In this document: positions 1 through 9,924 of the stretch, piece by piece
Position numbering within the stretch: position 1 is the first letter of the stretch
Layout: every line of letters begins with the position of its first letter
NCBI GenBank assembly: GCA_963840035.1
Contig: CAWIXE010000002.1
Span: forward strand, 960,001-1,024,000
DNA from: a candidate division FCPU426 bacterium
Lineage (GTDB): Bacteria > Oederibacteriota > PGYV01 > Palsa-1178
Length of the DNA: 64,000 nt
Reading direction: 5' to 3'
Position numbers and translations under genes: made by a program
Notes under the pieces: model-generated
Database searches by the model: none
What the model was told of the DNA's origin: nothing
Seen by the model: only the letters and a program-made list of their open reading frames with translations

Positions 1-270
1 CGCCAGGCACAGGAGCGTAAATACCGGAGTATAATATTTGCTGTTAACTCCGGATAATGCCCACTTTACAATAAGCATACCCACAATGGCCGAGGCCATG
101 CCTGTATACAGGTAGTTCGGGATAAGCGTCATCGCGCCTATGGAATCCAACATCATGCCGGCTGTGGGCGTATTTCCCTTTTGCATGGCTGATATGGCGT
201 GTATAATTCCCTGTGCGCCTATGAAGACGGAATTAATTACCACAAAAATCCCTGTTCTGTTGACTTTCAT
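1..270 (-). CDS. Partial membrane protein (runs off window start)
   Basis: ATG at 270 after a G-rich RBS; hydrophobic open frame MKVNRTGIFVVINSVFIGAQGIIHAI... continues to position 1. Confidence 0.6.
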   Translation of the reverse strand, partial: MKVNRTGIFVVINSVFIGAQGIIHAISAMQKGNTPTAGMMLDSIGAMTLIPNYLYTGMASAIVGMLIVKWALSGVNSKYYTPVFTLLCLA

Positions 271-307
271 AATAAACCCCCCCGATATTTTCGTGCTGGA
301 CGCTAAA

Positions 308-868
308 TCAAATCAGTGACAGCGTCCATTCTTTTATCTTTTCCCAGTCCCTGAAGTCCCCGAACTTTTCTATTCCCATAAAAAGTTTTGCCATGAACCT
401 CTCAAAACCGCTTTTAGGCTCGCCTATCATACCGCCAAAGACCGCTGTTGAGACAGGGGTAAAACCCACTGCCACCATTTCAGGGTAATGTCCGGCTTTT
501 TCCCTCGTGCCTTGATTTGATGAAGTGATTGTGGCGCACATGATAAAAACCGCCACGGGAACTTTGCCAAGGGCTTCCCTGTTCTTTTGAACATACGCTA
601 TGATATCGGGGTGCGGGGCGGCGCCGTGTATCGCCGAACCTAAAATCACAAGGTCATACCCCGACAAATCGCCTGACGCCTGTGAAGCCGCGGAAATTTC
701 AGCCTTGCATCCGGCCTTATCCAGAGTTTTTTTCATATACTCAGCTGTTTCTTTTGTGGACCCCATGAACGACCCGTATACCAAGTAAACTTTTTTCATT
801 TTACCTTCCTTCGCGTAGCCGGCCGGGAACAGCGCCATGGCCAAAATAATTATCAGAAATTTTTTCAT
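308..868 (-). CDS. Flavodoxin-domain protein (HemG/Flavodoxin_5-like) with N-terminal signal peptide
   Basis: VYGSFMGSTKETAE FMN loop, YDLVILGSAIH, DFRDWEKIKEW; GGAGG RBS before MKKFL at 868. Confidence 0.8.
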   Translation of the reverse strand: MKKFLIIILAMALFPAGYAKEGKMKKVYLVYGSFMGSTKETAEYMKKTLDKAGCKAEISAASQASGDLSGYDLVILGSAIHGAAPHPDIIAYVQKNREALGKVPVAVFIMCATITSSNQGTREKAGHYPEMVAVGFTPVSTAVFGGMIGEPKSGFERFMAKLFMGIEKFGDFRDWEKIKEWTLSLI

Positions 869-1260
869 AAAACCTCCGGTGAAGTATAGGTTCCATATCG
901 GCATATTTTTTATTAATAAGCTGATTCTAATTTACCTTCAGCATCATTATACACAAACACAAAACAGTTTCAACTCCGCACTTGCCGTTGATGCTGTTGC
1001 CATCATGTCCGCATTTGATTAAACAGCCGCGCAAACATCCCATATTTTTCATATTCAATGATGTTATGACGTCATTAATTCGGGTTGTATATTGCCGTCT
1101 ATTTGTCAGGTTTATAAGCTCTTTATCTTGTATTGTTTAAACATTTAACAATCATGTTATGAAACCGCGCGCCATCTGACAGAACCAAAAAACAAACCCG
1201 TCTTGCTTTGCGGCGCGTCAGGGTATATATGGGTATTAAGAAGTTCTTTTTTCCGCTCTT

Positions 1261-1288
1261 GTAGCAGGCGCATTATATGCGCCCGTAC
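1261..1288. repeat. Single GTAG-type REP-like palindrome
   Basis: gtagca-ggcgcat-tat-atgcgcc-cgtac. Confidence 0.45.
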
Positions 1289-1352
1289 GCAGTGCCGGCC
1301 GGACAAGATTATGCAGGCACAGAACAAGATCAGCCACAAAGGCCAATACAGC

Positions 1353-1390
1353 TTCACCTCACCCTACCCTCTCCTAAGAGGAGAGGGAGA
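1353..1390. repeat. REP-like palindrome, family D (ccctctcc..ggagaggg)
   Basis: ttcacctcaccctaccctctcctaagaggagagggaga; near-identical to the reverse complement of 5806-5844. Confidence 0.75.
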
Positions 1391-1439
1391 AAAAGGCTAT
1401 AAAGTGACAACGGCAATAAAAACTAAACGGAGGTGGCTT

Positions 1440-1919
1440 ATGAAAGACTTCCTGTCGGGCATTATCTCTTACTTCTTTCTCTTCATACTTGTCCCCGGTT
1501 TTAGTTTCTGCTTCCTCTCTTTATTCGCTGTTTCCCCTGTTTTTACAACCGGGCTGTTCTTCATCATTGGCGCGTGTTTTACCGTGGCTTTTGTCATTGT
1601 CGCGAGCGATTCCGCCATACGGGGCAATACCGAGGAAGCGCGGCTTGAAGAGACGCGGGAGTATCATCAGGCAATGTTTGATTTTAGCAGGCCGGAGTAC
1701 GTGCCGGGGGTGGTTCAGAAGTCCATATACACTTCAGGAAATAAGTTTGAGCTGGAGATTGGCGGCAAACAGTTTATCGCGTATATCCACAACGACGGTT
1801 CCGTATTACTCAAGAACCTTAAGTCAGGTAAGTCAAAATCCATTTCAATTATCGAACTCCGCAAACTACGCGCGCAGGAGCGTACTTATCAAGGAAGAAA
1901 AAATTTAAGCTGGGACTAG
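1440..1919 (+). CDS. Hypothetical membrane protein
   Basis: GGAGGTG RBS before ATG 1440; two hydrophobic helices then a soluble tail. Confidence 0.65.
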   Translation: MKDFLSGIISYFFLFILVPGFSFCFLSLFAVSPVFTTGLFFIIGACFTVAFVIVASDSAIRGNTEEARLEETREYHQAMFDFSRPEYVPGVVQKSIYTSGNKFELEIGGKQFIAYIHNDGSVLLKNLKSGKSKSISIIELRKLRAQERTYQGRKNLSWD

Positions 1920-1957
1920 ACGGCCAAACCGCATTATAATCTTTTTGTATTATGACA

Positions 1958-2539
1958 TTATTTAAACTCAAGCCTTATATTTGCGCCGAACTTCAGCCCT
2001 GACATGGGCACATATCTTTCGCCGTCATATACTTCCGCTGATAACAGCCTGTATCCAGCATGCGCGCCGAGTATGACAAGTCCTATATCATTGATTGAAT
2101 TCGTTACATATGTTCCGCTGAATTTCGTGGATTTTTCACGCAATACATTTACCTTAAGTTCCAGCCCGGCGTCCGCGTCAGCCACATAAGCGTTAACCCC
2201 ATTTTGCGCAGACGTTGCGCGGGCGTAGCCGTTGTACGCGCAGGCAATGATGTTGAAAGGGTCTGTTTTAGGGAAAAGCATTATGTAAGTGCCTAACATG
2301 GCCGGAATTACAAGGGTATCTTCGTTATACTGTATGCCGGTCCTTATGCCTATGCCGCAGCGTTCATTGTAGCGCACACCCAGGTCAAAATCGCCGTAAA
2401 ACCCGCCCCTGTTGTTATTTAAAACTATGCTGCCAAGATAAACATTTGAATCAATGACTGCAAAACAGCACGGAGCCGTAAAAATCAAGGCCAGAAGGAT
2501 AAAAAATGATACTTTTTGTTTGTTGCTTATCCGAGCCAT
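1958..2539 (-). CDS. Hypothetical exported protein, possible outer-membrane beta-barrel
   Basis: Signal peptide, amphipathic strands, C-terminus NIRLEFK. Confidence 0.6.
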   Translation of the reverse strand: MARISNKQKVSFFILLALIFTAPCCFAVIDSNVYLGSIVLNNNRGGFYGDFDLGVRYNERCGIGIRTGIQYNEDTLVIPAMLGTYIMLFPKTDPFNIIACAYNGYARATSAQNGVNAYVADADAGLELKVNVLREKSTKFSGTYVTNSINDIGLVILGAHAGYRLLSAEVYDGERYVPMSGLKFGANIRLEFK

Positions 2540-3322
2540 TTATCTTGTAAACTTGATGTTATCCAGACTGAATTCCTCATAAAAACTCAGGCCTGACGGC
2601 GCTATAGTATTAGTATTGATATTTACCTGGTATACATTGCCCAATACCGCCCCCGGCGTTCCGGTAAACGCTGATAAAGGTATGCTTGCGGACTGCCACG
2701 TGTTATCGCTTACGGCATTTAACGCGTAGTAAAGGGATGTGCCATACGGGTTATATATTTTAATCTCCAGTTTTAAGGCCGCAGTAGCCTTAATTTTGTA
2801 ATCAAAATTAAGATATGTCATATCAGTAATTGAAATGCCGGTTGACGTAGCGCTTGTTGTGATTGTTGCCATCAGAAGCTGCAGGTCGTAATCACCGCCG
2901 AATGAGGCTGTTCCCGTGACAGAGTAGTAATAATTACCGTTCAGCGGGCCTTTGTCAAGCCATGCCAGCCCGCCTGAAACTATATGGCTGCACGGGACCA
3001 TGCAGAAGTAATGCGTGTCGTTCACGCAGTCAGAACACGCGATCTTATTCACCGTGTCTCCGTCCTCGTAATCGTCTATCACGATTGGCCCGGGCGTATG
3101 CGTGTTTGTAACAGTCGGGGTTGCCGTGGCGGTTGAAGTCACGGTAAAGGACGGTGTGCAGGTCTGCGAAGGCGTCTGCGTAGCGGTATCCTGCTGTGTC
3201 CACGTGCAGGTAGCTGTCGCGGTATCTGACACAGACGGCGATGACGGCGAACTTTTTTTATGGCAGCTGAACATAAATACGGCCGAGATAAAGACAAGAA
3301 TGATTGAAACAACCTTTTTCAT
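2540..3322 (-). CDS. Lipoprotein with Ser/Thr/Pro linker and CIA30/CBM11-like domain
   Basis: Lipobox FMFSC; TPT-rich linker; IDDYEDGD, WQSASIPLSAF, LDNIKF motifs; GGAGG RBS before 3322. Confidence 0.7.
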   Translation of the reverse strand: MKKVVSIILVFISAVFMFSCHKKSSPSSPSVSDTATATCTWTQQDTATQTPSQTCTPSFTVTSTATATPTVTNTHTPGPIVIDDYEDGDTVNKIACSDCVNDTHYFCMVPCSHIVSGGLAWLDKGPLNGNYYYSVTGTASFGGDYDLQLLMATITTSATSTGISITDMTYLNFDYKIKATAALKLEIKIYNPYGTSLYYALNAVSDNTWQSASIPLSAFTGTPGAVLGNVYQVNINTNTIAPSGLSFYEEFSLDNIKFTR

Positions 3323-3414
3323 GAAAACCTCCCTGAATATTTTATTAATATTAAACAAATACCGGTTATTAATCAAGCACGAAATATGAGGCGCGGTTTC
3401 ATAAAATAACGCGT

Positions 3415-3822
3415 TTATTCTTCGCTTCCGGGCCTGTATTTCCTGTCATTTTTTCTCTGGCTGTTTTTACGCTTATCCCTGAGTATCATCCTTTTGATGG
3501 ATTTCGGCCTGCCGGCTTTTTTCTTTTTAAGATTCAGAGCCTCAGCCTTTGCCGCCTGCCTAGCCGCGTCCCTTTTTTTCTCTATCCGCTCAGCCATAAT
3601 TTCCCTGGCGCGTATGCGGTTAAGCCCCTGTGAGCGTTCTTCCATGCATTTAACCTCAATGTTTTCCTTAGCGCATGTAAGCCGGACAGCGGATGATACT
3701 TTGTTTACATTCTGCCCGCCTTTTCCTCCGGCGTGAATGAACTGTTCTGTCATGTCACGCTCATGAACTCCGAGCTTTAAAAGCCTCAAATTGACGGCTT
3801 CAAGACGTGATATGGGAATCAT
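3415..3822 (-). CDS. arfB: RF-1-domain ribosome rescue peptidyl-tRNA hydrolase (ArfB-like)
   Basis: GGKGGQNVNKVSSAVRL GGQ motif, ERSQGLNR, basic C-terminal tail. Confidence 0.8.
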   Translation of the reverse strand: MIPISRLEAVNLRLLKLGVHERDMTEQFIHAGGKGGQNVNKVSSAVRLTCAKENIEVKCMEERSQGLNRIRAREIMAERIEKKRDAARQAAKAEALNLKKKKAGRPKSIKRMILRDKRKNSQRKNDRKYRPGSEE

Positions 3823-4170
3823 AAGTTAAATACCTCCTATAAATTCACCCTTTTATGTTTTAAAAACAAATTATTATAACATCTTTAGGGTAAAGAAGTA
3901 ACCTGGTTTATCACCCCTCCGGGTTTAGAGCGGGCATGCGCTTTCCCCCTCAAACAATTGCTTCAGCGCAAAGACGCCTCTTCTCTCCATACCCGCATCA
4001 ACAAGGAATGAAAGCAGCTTTTTCGCGTCTTTTAAGCTGTTATCAGCCTTAAAGCTACAGAAATAGGAACTTAAGCACATTGACACAAAAAAAAATCGTC
4101 ACCAGAAGTATAAGGGATAATTTCGCATTCCGTTATGGAGTTTGGGTAAATCAGGATAATTTCAGGTTTT

Positions 4171-5034
4171 CTAGACTTTTTTCTTTCCGCTTTTTTTAAG
4201 CGGTTTTAAAATCCGCGCGGCCCTGCCGTCTTTTAGAACAGGCCGTTTGTATTTTCTCTTTATTTCAGGTTTTCTTCCCAAACAAATACCGGCAGCCAGC
4301 ATAATGACCGAGAACAAGGCAATACTAGCCGATATTATCATATTTTCCAGATATGGCGTTAATACAATTACAAGCGGAACTGACGCCAGCACAAATCCGA
4401 CCAGCGTTAAAGAAATATTCCTGATTCTAATTCCCAAACCCGCTATATACATCCCTGTTGCTGTTATAACAGTCAGAAACATGACCAGCCATGTATAATC
4501 CGTTTTAGGCTTCGTTATATTTGTGCCTTTATTCTTCACAGGCGCAAGGCTCCGCACACTCGCGTACTCTGAAAGCTTTTGTATAACAGCGAGTATTCCA
4601 TCCCCATACATTCCCTGATTGAAATACGGCGTCAAAATCTGGCTTATGCTGCCGATAGCTGAACCATCAGGCATGCCTGCGTCATTGCCGTATCCTATGA
4701 CAGCCCTCATTTCCCCGTTTCGCTTTATTACAAGCACCATTACGCCGTTATCCCTGCCATTTATTCCCAAGGCCCATCTTTTATATAAAACCTTTACAAT
4801 ATTGCCCGGGGCCTCAGTATTATTGTCGGAATTTAATGTAACCACCGCAAATTCCAGCCCATTTTCCTTATCAGCCAATTCAATCTGCTTGGTTAGGCGC
4901 TCTTCGGAGGCACTGTCTATAATACCCGCAAAATCACTGATGGGGCCTTTGGAATTAAGGTCATATATTGACTGCGCGGATATATGTGCGGAAAAAAATA
5001 AAGCAAATATCGCTGATATAAAATTCCTTATCAC
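4171..5034 (-). CDS. TPM-domain (YgcG-like) membrane protein
   Basis: ISDFAGII, WALG...DNGVMVLV, IGYG motifs plus three C-terminal TM helices. Confidence 0.85.
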   Translation of the reverse strand: MIRNFISAIFALFFSAHISAQSIYDLNSKGPISDFAGIIDSASEERLTKQIELADKENGLEFAVVTLNSDNNTEAPGNIVKVLYKRWALGINGRDNGVMVLVIKRNGEMRAVIGYGNDAGMPDGSAIGSISQILTPYFNQGMYGDGILAVIQKLSEYASVRSLAPVKNKGTNITKPKTDYTWLVMFLTVITATGMYIAGLGIRIRNISLTLVGFVLASVPLVIVLTPYLENMIISASIALFSVIMLAAGICLGRKPEIKRKYKRPVLKDGRAARILKPLKKSGKKKV

Positions 5035-5133
5035 GGCGCTCCTTTTGCGGACAAATTAAAATTTTAATTTTTGCCGGCCTTAAATTATTATAATTAAAAT
5101 AATGCAGCCGCGCACATTAATTGTTAATTGCCT

Positions 5134-5664
5134 TTAAAAAATTTCCAGCCTGTCCACACAAAGCTCCACGCTTTCATGCGGCTGGCCCAGTGTGACAAAC
5201 TGAATTTCTTTTATGGCGGTAAGGGCGGCCTTTAGCTCGACTTTACTCCCCCATCCCTGCTGCTGAAAAAGGTTCGCGTAGTGTATTTCCGTCTGGCCCC
5301 ACTGGTCAGTGGTGCGGAAGTCATTGCCGAAGTGGTTGTCGGAATCCTTATCCTTAAAATCCGGGTGCGTGGATACCAGCTTTACCCTGTACTTTTTCCC
5401 GTCGCCTTTGTGCCAGAAACGCAGCCCGTGCTTCGCGCTGATGTCAAAGGGCTTCTTTACATCCTTCGGGCTTAAATAATACCCCATACCCACAAATCCA
5501 AATTGAAATTTAACAGTGACCTTTCCGGCCATGCGCGCGCATTCACCGTCGCCTTTAACACCGGGTTTTGACATTATAAATGTTTCTCCGGAATGTGGTG
5601 TTACCTTTGAATCACCGCCCGCAGGGTTGTCATCATATGTGTACCAAAAGCCATTTTCCATCAT
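5134..5664 (-). CDS. CIA30/CBM11-like carbohydrate-binding domain protein
   Basis: WYTYDD..GGDS, GLRFWHKGDGKKYRVKL, QQGWG, LCVDRLE. Confidence 0.8.
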   Translation of the reverse strand: MMENGFWYTYDDNPAGGDSKVTPHSGETFIMSKPGVKGDGECARMAGKVTVKFQFGFVGMGYYLSPKDVKKPFDISAKHGLRFWHKGDGKKYRVKLVSTHPDFKDKDSDNHFGNDFRTTDQWGQTEIHYANLFQQQGWGSKVELKAALTAIKEIQFVTLGQPHESVELCVDRLEIF

Positions 5665-5805
5665 GTGTGTCCTCCTTATTTATGATGCATAATTATATCA
5701 TTTTTAAAGGCTTTTTTGTACCGGTCAAAATAATAGATATTTTACATAATAGTGTGTGAATTCATTTTGGCCGTTAAATATCTTTGTTATCATTATAAAC
5801 GGCTT

Positions 5806-5893
5806 TCTCCCTCTCCTCTCAGGAGAGGGGCGGGGGGAGGTGAAACCAATTGTCTTATTCCCCTCACCCTGCCCTCTCCCAAAGGGAGAAGGA
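5806..5893. repeat. Inverted pair of family D REP-like palindromes
   Basis: ccctctcctctcaggagagggg... and ccctcaccctgccctctcccaaagggagaagga. Confidence 0.8.
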
Positions 5894-6053
5894 AAAAAGA
5901 GCAAATCAATTTGCACACAATTGCTGACAGTATCAAATCATTTCGTCGCATTCGCCGCATTCATCCTTGCCTTTGCCTTCATTAAATGTTATCTTTTATT
6001 AAGTCATTCCGCGTATTATTCAGCATGCGGCACACTAAACCCAGGAGACGCTC

Positions 6054-6437
6054 ATGAAGAAGAAAGCCGCTGTTTTCACGCTTATTTTTTTCAGTTTTTA
6101 TGTACTGCCCGTTTTTGCCACGGAATTAAACTTCCCGGACTATAAGGAAACTATCTCAAAGCAGCCGCAATACGCCGGATTCGGCATAGGCGGCGAGCAA
6201 TCCCTGGAGCAAAAAGTTTCTGACGACTTCAAAAAACAGACCCAGACCGGCACCTCCGACCCTGACGCGTACATAAACGTACACCAGGAAGAGTGCCACG
6301 GTGATTGCGGCATGGAACTGGAAGGAATACTAATAATAAGCGGCATTGTCGTGGTATGCACAGTCGGATTTGTCCTGATGCTGAATTTGCTCACAGGCGG
6401 GAGCAAGGTGGAGTCAAAGGCAGGGATTAGTTTTTAA
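6054..6437 (+). CDS. Small exported/membrane hypothetical protein
   Basis: AGGAG RBS, signal peptide, one TM helix, ends AGISF. Confidence 0.65.
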   Translation: MKKKAAVFTLIFFSFYVLPVFATELNFPDYKETISKQPQYAGFGIGGEQSLEQKVSDDFKKQTQTGTSDPDAYINVHQEECHGDCGMELEGILIISGIVVVCTVGFVLMLNLLTGGSKVESKAGISF

Positions 6438-6454
6438 TAGATAACGGAGGAAAA

Positions 6455-6532
6455 GGGACACGGGGAGACAAGAGACCAGAGACAAGAGTAAACACCACAA
6501 TTCTTATCTTCTGTCTCCTTTCTCTATTCCCT
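6455..6532. repeat. 7-bp-period degenerate array with inverted partner arm (RGAGACM)
   Basis: ggagaca agagacc agagaca agagtaa ... tcttatc ttctgtc tcctttc tctattc; abuts the stop codon at 6533. Confidence 0.6.
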
Positions 6533-7990
6533 TTACTTATTCATCATATTTGTCAGGTCCTGTATTTTTCCCAGCATTTCCGCGGCTTTAATATTTGTCG
6601 GGTCAACGGCGAGGATGCTTTCGTACCATTTTTTTGCGTCCAGGTATTTACGGTTTTCAATTTCCTTCGCGCCGTTATCCATGTACTCCTTTATCTTCGC
6701 GTCTGTGATCCCCGGGTAAATTTTTTCCGCATCTTTTATCATTGCCAGGCCTATCTGCGTCATCCCTTTTAGTATATATGCCGCCGCGTCGTCGAACTTC
6801 AGCCCGGCCGCCCTGCGGTCAACGGCAAGGTGTATGTCTGACGCCAGTTTGTCCGTTTTCGGGTCGCCTTTTTTGTTTTCCTGCAGCAGTTTTACCTCAG
6901 CCTGCGCTTTATCTATTTTACCCGTGTTAAAATCATTAAGGGCTGTCAGGTAAAGCTGTCCATAAGACATCGCCTCCATGCCCTCGGTTAACCTTTCCTT
7001 ATCTTTTGAAAGGACGAATTTATCCTGTAGCAGCCTTTTTTCCCTTTCAGTCGGCACTTCCCCGAAGCGCGCCGTGACGCCGAAATTATGCACCACACCC
7101 GACGCGTTGAACGCGGCCGCGTAATCCAGGGTGAAGTTCTCTGTCGTAATGCCGCCGCCCGCAGTAAAGCTCTCGCTGTTTACGCCTCCCCTCACCGCGA
7201 TAAAATCAAAAGGCCTGAATTCCGCCCCGCCTGAATACCTTATGTATGACTGGCCTTTGCCCGCCGAAAAATCCCTGCCGTCGGAGAGAAGATTGATAAA
7301 AAGAGCATCGCCTGTAATGGCAACCCTTGAGTTTAAAAGATATAACGCCCCTCCCGCGCGCATATTCATCGGATAAAGCTCCACAGTGCTTCCTGTCTTA
7401 AGCTGCGGCTGTGTCACGTTTATCAGCGAGGCTGATGCCTTAAATACGCCGCCGAAATCATAGGAAGCGCCCGCGTCCAGGCCGAATCCGTTCGCGTTAT
7501 AAGTGTCAAAAGAGCGGGTAATGAGCTTAATCGTCATGCCAAACGAGAGCGAGCTCGTCACGGGATATGCGTACGTAAGCATGTATGCATCACTCCTGTC
7601 TGAAAAATCCCCGGTCTTGATACCCTCGCCGTTAATCCTTTCCACGCCTTCCACCCCCAGCTCAACCCTGGAAAAGGCCATCATGCCGTACTCCATGACA
7701 GGAAGGGCAAAACTTAAGACATTAAAATTTACCCCTTCTAGCGGCGACATATAATAAAAAGTAACCTCTGTATTCTTGACACAAGTTATCAGGGCAGGAT
7801 TAAAGTACGCTCCTGACGCGTCAAAGCAGTCTGCCGATGCGGAGTTTGCCATGCCGGCCGACCTTGCGCCGGAACCGCCCGAGTACAGGAACCCGCCTGC
7901 CGCGCCTCCGTCATAAGATACAGCAATCGCGGCTGCGGCCGCAGAAACAATGATACATGCCGTAAGAAATGATACGATTAATTTTTTCAT
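6533..7990 (-). CDS. PorV/PorQ (UPF0164)-family outer-membrane barrel with C-terminal TPR
   Basis: GSGARSAGMANS...DASGAYFNPALI, GFGLDAG, LDYA motifs; TPR-like C-terminus. Confidence 0.8.
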   Translation of the reverse strand: MKKLIVSFLTACIIVSAAAAAIAVSYDGGAAGGFLYSGGSGARSAGMANSASADCFDASGAYFNPALITCVKNTEVTFYYMSPLEGVNFNVLSFALPVMEYGMMAFSRVELGVEGVERINGEGIKTGDFSDRSDAYMLTYAYPVTSSLSFGMTIKLITRSFDTYNANGFGLDAGASYDFGGVFKASASLINVTQPQLKTGSTVELYPMNMRAGGALYLLNSRVAITGDALFINLLSDGRDFSAGKGQSYIRYSGGAEFRPFDFIAVRGGVNSESFTAGGGITTENFTLDYAAAFNASGVVHNFGVTARFGEVPTEREKRLLQDKFVLSKDKERLTEGMEAMSYGQLYLTALNDFNTGKIDKAQAEVKLLQENKKGDPKTDKLASDIHLAVDRRAAGLKFDDAAAYILKGMTQIGLAMIKDAEKIYPGITDAKIKEYMDNGAKEIENRKYLDAKKWYESILAVDPTNIKAAEMLGKIQDLTNMMNK

Positions 7991-7998
7991 GTCTCCCC

Positions 7999-9924
7999 CT
8001 ATCTCAAAACCGCTATTTTTCTTTTATATAACTTCGAACCAACTTCAACATGGCATATATATACCCCTGATTCCACAGTCATGCCGAAATCATTGCGCCC
8101 GTCCCACACCACTTTGTTTTCATATCCTGCCGCGGTTCCCTTGCCGCCTTCATCGCCTGCTTTTATGTCAAACTTCCTTACAATGACGGAAAACGGCGTC
8201 ATGACGGTTATTTTTACCCCGCTATTTTCAGCGAGCGTGTACCTTATCACCGTTTCCTCCGTTGCAGGGTTGAACGGGTTGGGATAACTGGTCAGGTTTA
8301 TGGCGTCATTTGACGAAGGCCGCGCGTTGTAATAAATATCAACCGAATCTATTACGGGCGATACAGTATTATCCTGGGTCGTCAGTGTCAGTTTATACCG
8401 GATGTACCTCTTATTGCCGAAAACCCCGGGCAGGGCCGCCGCTGCGGGGTCCGTAAACCATGTATTAGGCGTGCCGTCCGGGCCGATGTAATCCCATGTG
8501 GCGTTGTCATTATTTGCGGCGGCCTGGAACTTGACCGGCTGTGCGCCTGTCAAAGGGTCCTGGGACGCCGGCGACCATGACATGGATGTAAATGACGACT
8601 GCCCTTTTGTGTCAAAAGGCGGCGACCAGTAATTGCCCGACGGGACATATAAGGTGGAATAAGAATCAGACATGTAAACGAGAAGGTCCCGCGTCCTGTT
8701 AAAATCATCCCACGATGTGCCCGCGCCCGTAGTATATACAAGGTATGATTCCCTGCCGCCGAATGAAGCCGCGGTAAGCGCGTCTTCGCTGAAGACCGAA
8801 TTTTGCGACGCGTTCCTGTATATCTGCGACCCTTTTAGCGTGTAATAACCCGCGGAGCTTGAGCCGGAAGACTTGAAAAATATCCTGTAAGTGTGATTGC
8901 CCACAAAGCTGACCGGATTGATGAGCGTATAATTTATCCAGGAAAATCCAGGGAATATATTTGTTTTAGACAGGAAAATCTCGTCCGTCAGCATGACCAC
9001 CGACAGCGGGTTTGTTATATCCTGTATCACCACATGAAGGTCATCCGCCGGGGCCGCGCCGCCCGACTGCGCGTACGCCCTTACTTTGATTATGGTGGCC
9101 GGGTTTTTGACCTGGAAATCCTGGCCCACAAAAAAATTACCGTAAACGTTCGTATCCACATATGATGAATACGGGTTACCGATATAGCTAACCGGCCTGC
9201 CGGAAGCGTCCAGATAACCGCCAAGAGGGTCAAGGTATTCAAGGATGAAAACCGGCTGATTTCCGCTATTTTCCGACCAGTTCAAACCGGCGTCAATTGA
9301 CTGTAGTATCTGCTGATACGGGTCATTATGCGGATAAGTCGCAAAAAACATGTTATTAGGTGTGGTTGACCGGGGCTTGAGGTAATTTGACCCGTCAAGC
9401 CCCGAGAGCCCCTTTAAAAAGAGATGATACGGGGTATTCGCGCTCAAGACAGCGTCCGAAGTGAACGACACCCTGACATAGTAAGAACTGCCAGGCGCAA
9501 GCGTATTGTGCGCTTCATTATGTGTGCCGGGGCTCAGCCACTGGGCTATAACGGGTGAAGTGCCTCCGTAAGAATCCGCGAGTATGCCGCACTCGTATGA
9601 CCCCGTGCTTCCTATCCATTGCCCGTAGATGACCGCTGCGGTCACAGTCAAATGAAGAGGAAGCGAAAATGCCATTGCCAGCCTGTCGCCAGGGTTATAC
9701 AACAGGTAATCAGTATAACCCGCTACTATGAACCCATTGCCAGGCATGGAAAACTGGCCTGACTTCAGTTTTATGGACGCCCCGGCGCCGGTGTTTACCA
9801 CTGCCGCGGCGTTAAGCGACCCTCCGTAGAAATCCGAATCAGTGGTCTGCCTTATGACATCGGCAAAACAACTAGCCGCAAAAATCAGCGTTAAAAAAAC
9901 TCCAAACACGGTTTTAATTATCAT
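7999..9924 (-). CDS. Secreted protein with C-terminal T9SS-type-A/FlgD-Ig sorting domain
   Basis: Signal peptide; RYIRYKLTL...SPVIDSV; SYPNPFNP...WDGRND.G..V.SGVYI...KIAVLR. Confidence 0.8.
   Translation of the reverse strand: MIIKTVFGVFLTLIFAASCFADVIRQTTDSDFYGGSLNAAAVVNTGAGASIKLKSGQFSMPGNGFIVAGYTDYLLYNPGDRLAMAFSLPLHLTVTAAVIYGQWIGSTGSYECGILADSYGGTSPVIAQWLSPGTHNEAHNTLAPGSSYYVRVSFTSDAVLSANTPYHLFLKGLSGLDGSNYLKPRSTTPNNMFFATYPHNDPYQQILQSIDAGLNWSENSGNQPVFILEYLDPLGGYLDASGRPVSYIGNPYSSYVDTNVYGNFFVGQDFQVKNPATIIKVRAYAQSGGAAPADDLHVVIQDITNPLSVVMLTDEIFLSKTNIFPGFSWINYTLINPVSFVGNHTYRIFFKSSGSSSAGYYTLKGSQIYRNASQNSVFSEDALTAASFGGRESYLVYTTGAGTSWDDFNRTRDLLVYMSDSYSTLYVPSGNYWSPPFDTKGQSSFTSMSWSPASQDPLTGAQPVKFQAAANNDNATWDYIGPDGTPNTWFTDPAAAALPGVFGNKRYIRYKLTLTTQDNTVSPVIDSVDIYYNARPSSNDAINLTSYPNPFNPATEETVIRYTLAENSGVKITVMTPFSVIVRKFDIKAGDEGGKGTAAGYENKVVWDGRNDFGMTVESGVYICHVEVGSKLYKRKIAVLR

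Noticed and set aside
3925..4080. 51-aa minus-strand ORF (MCLSSYFC...) with an upstream in-frame TGA
   Set aside because: No RBS and no recognisable motif; TGA is an ordinary stop elsewhere in the window, so there is no case for recoding
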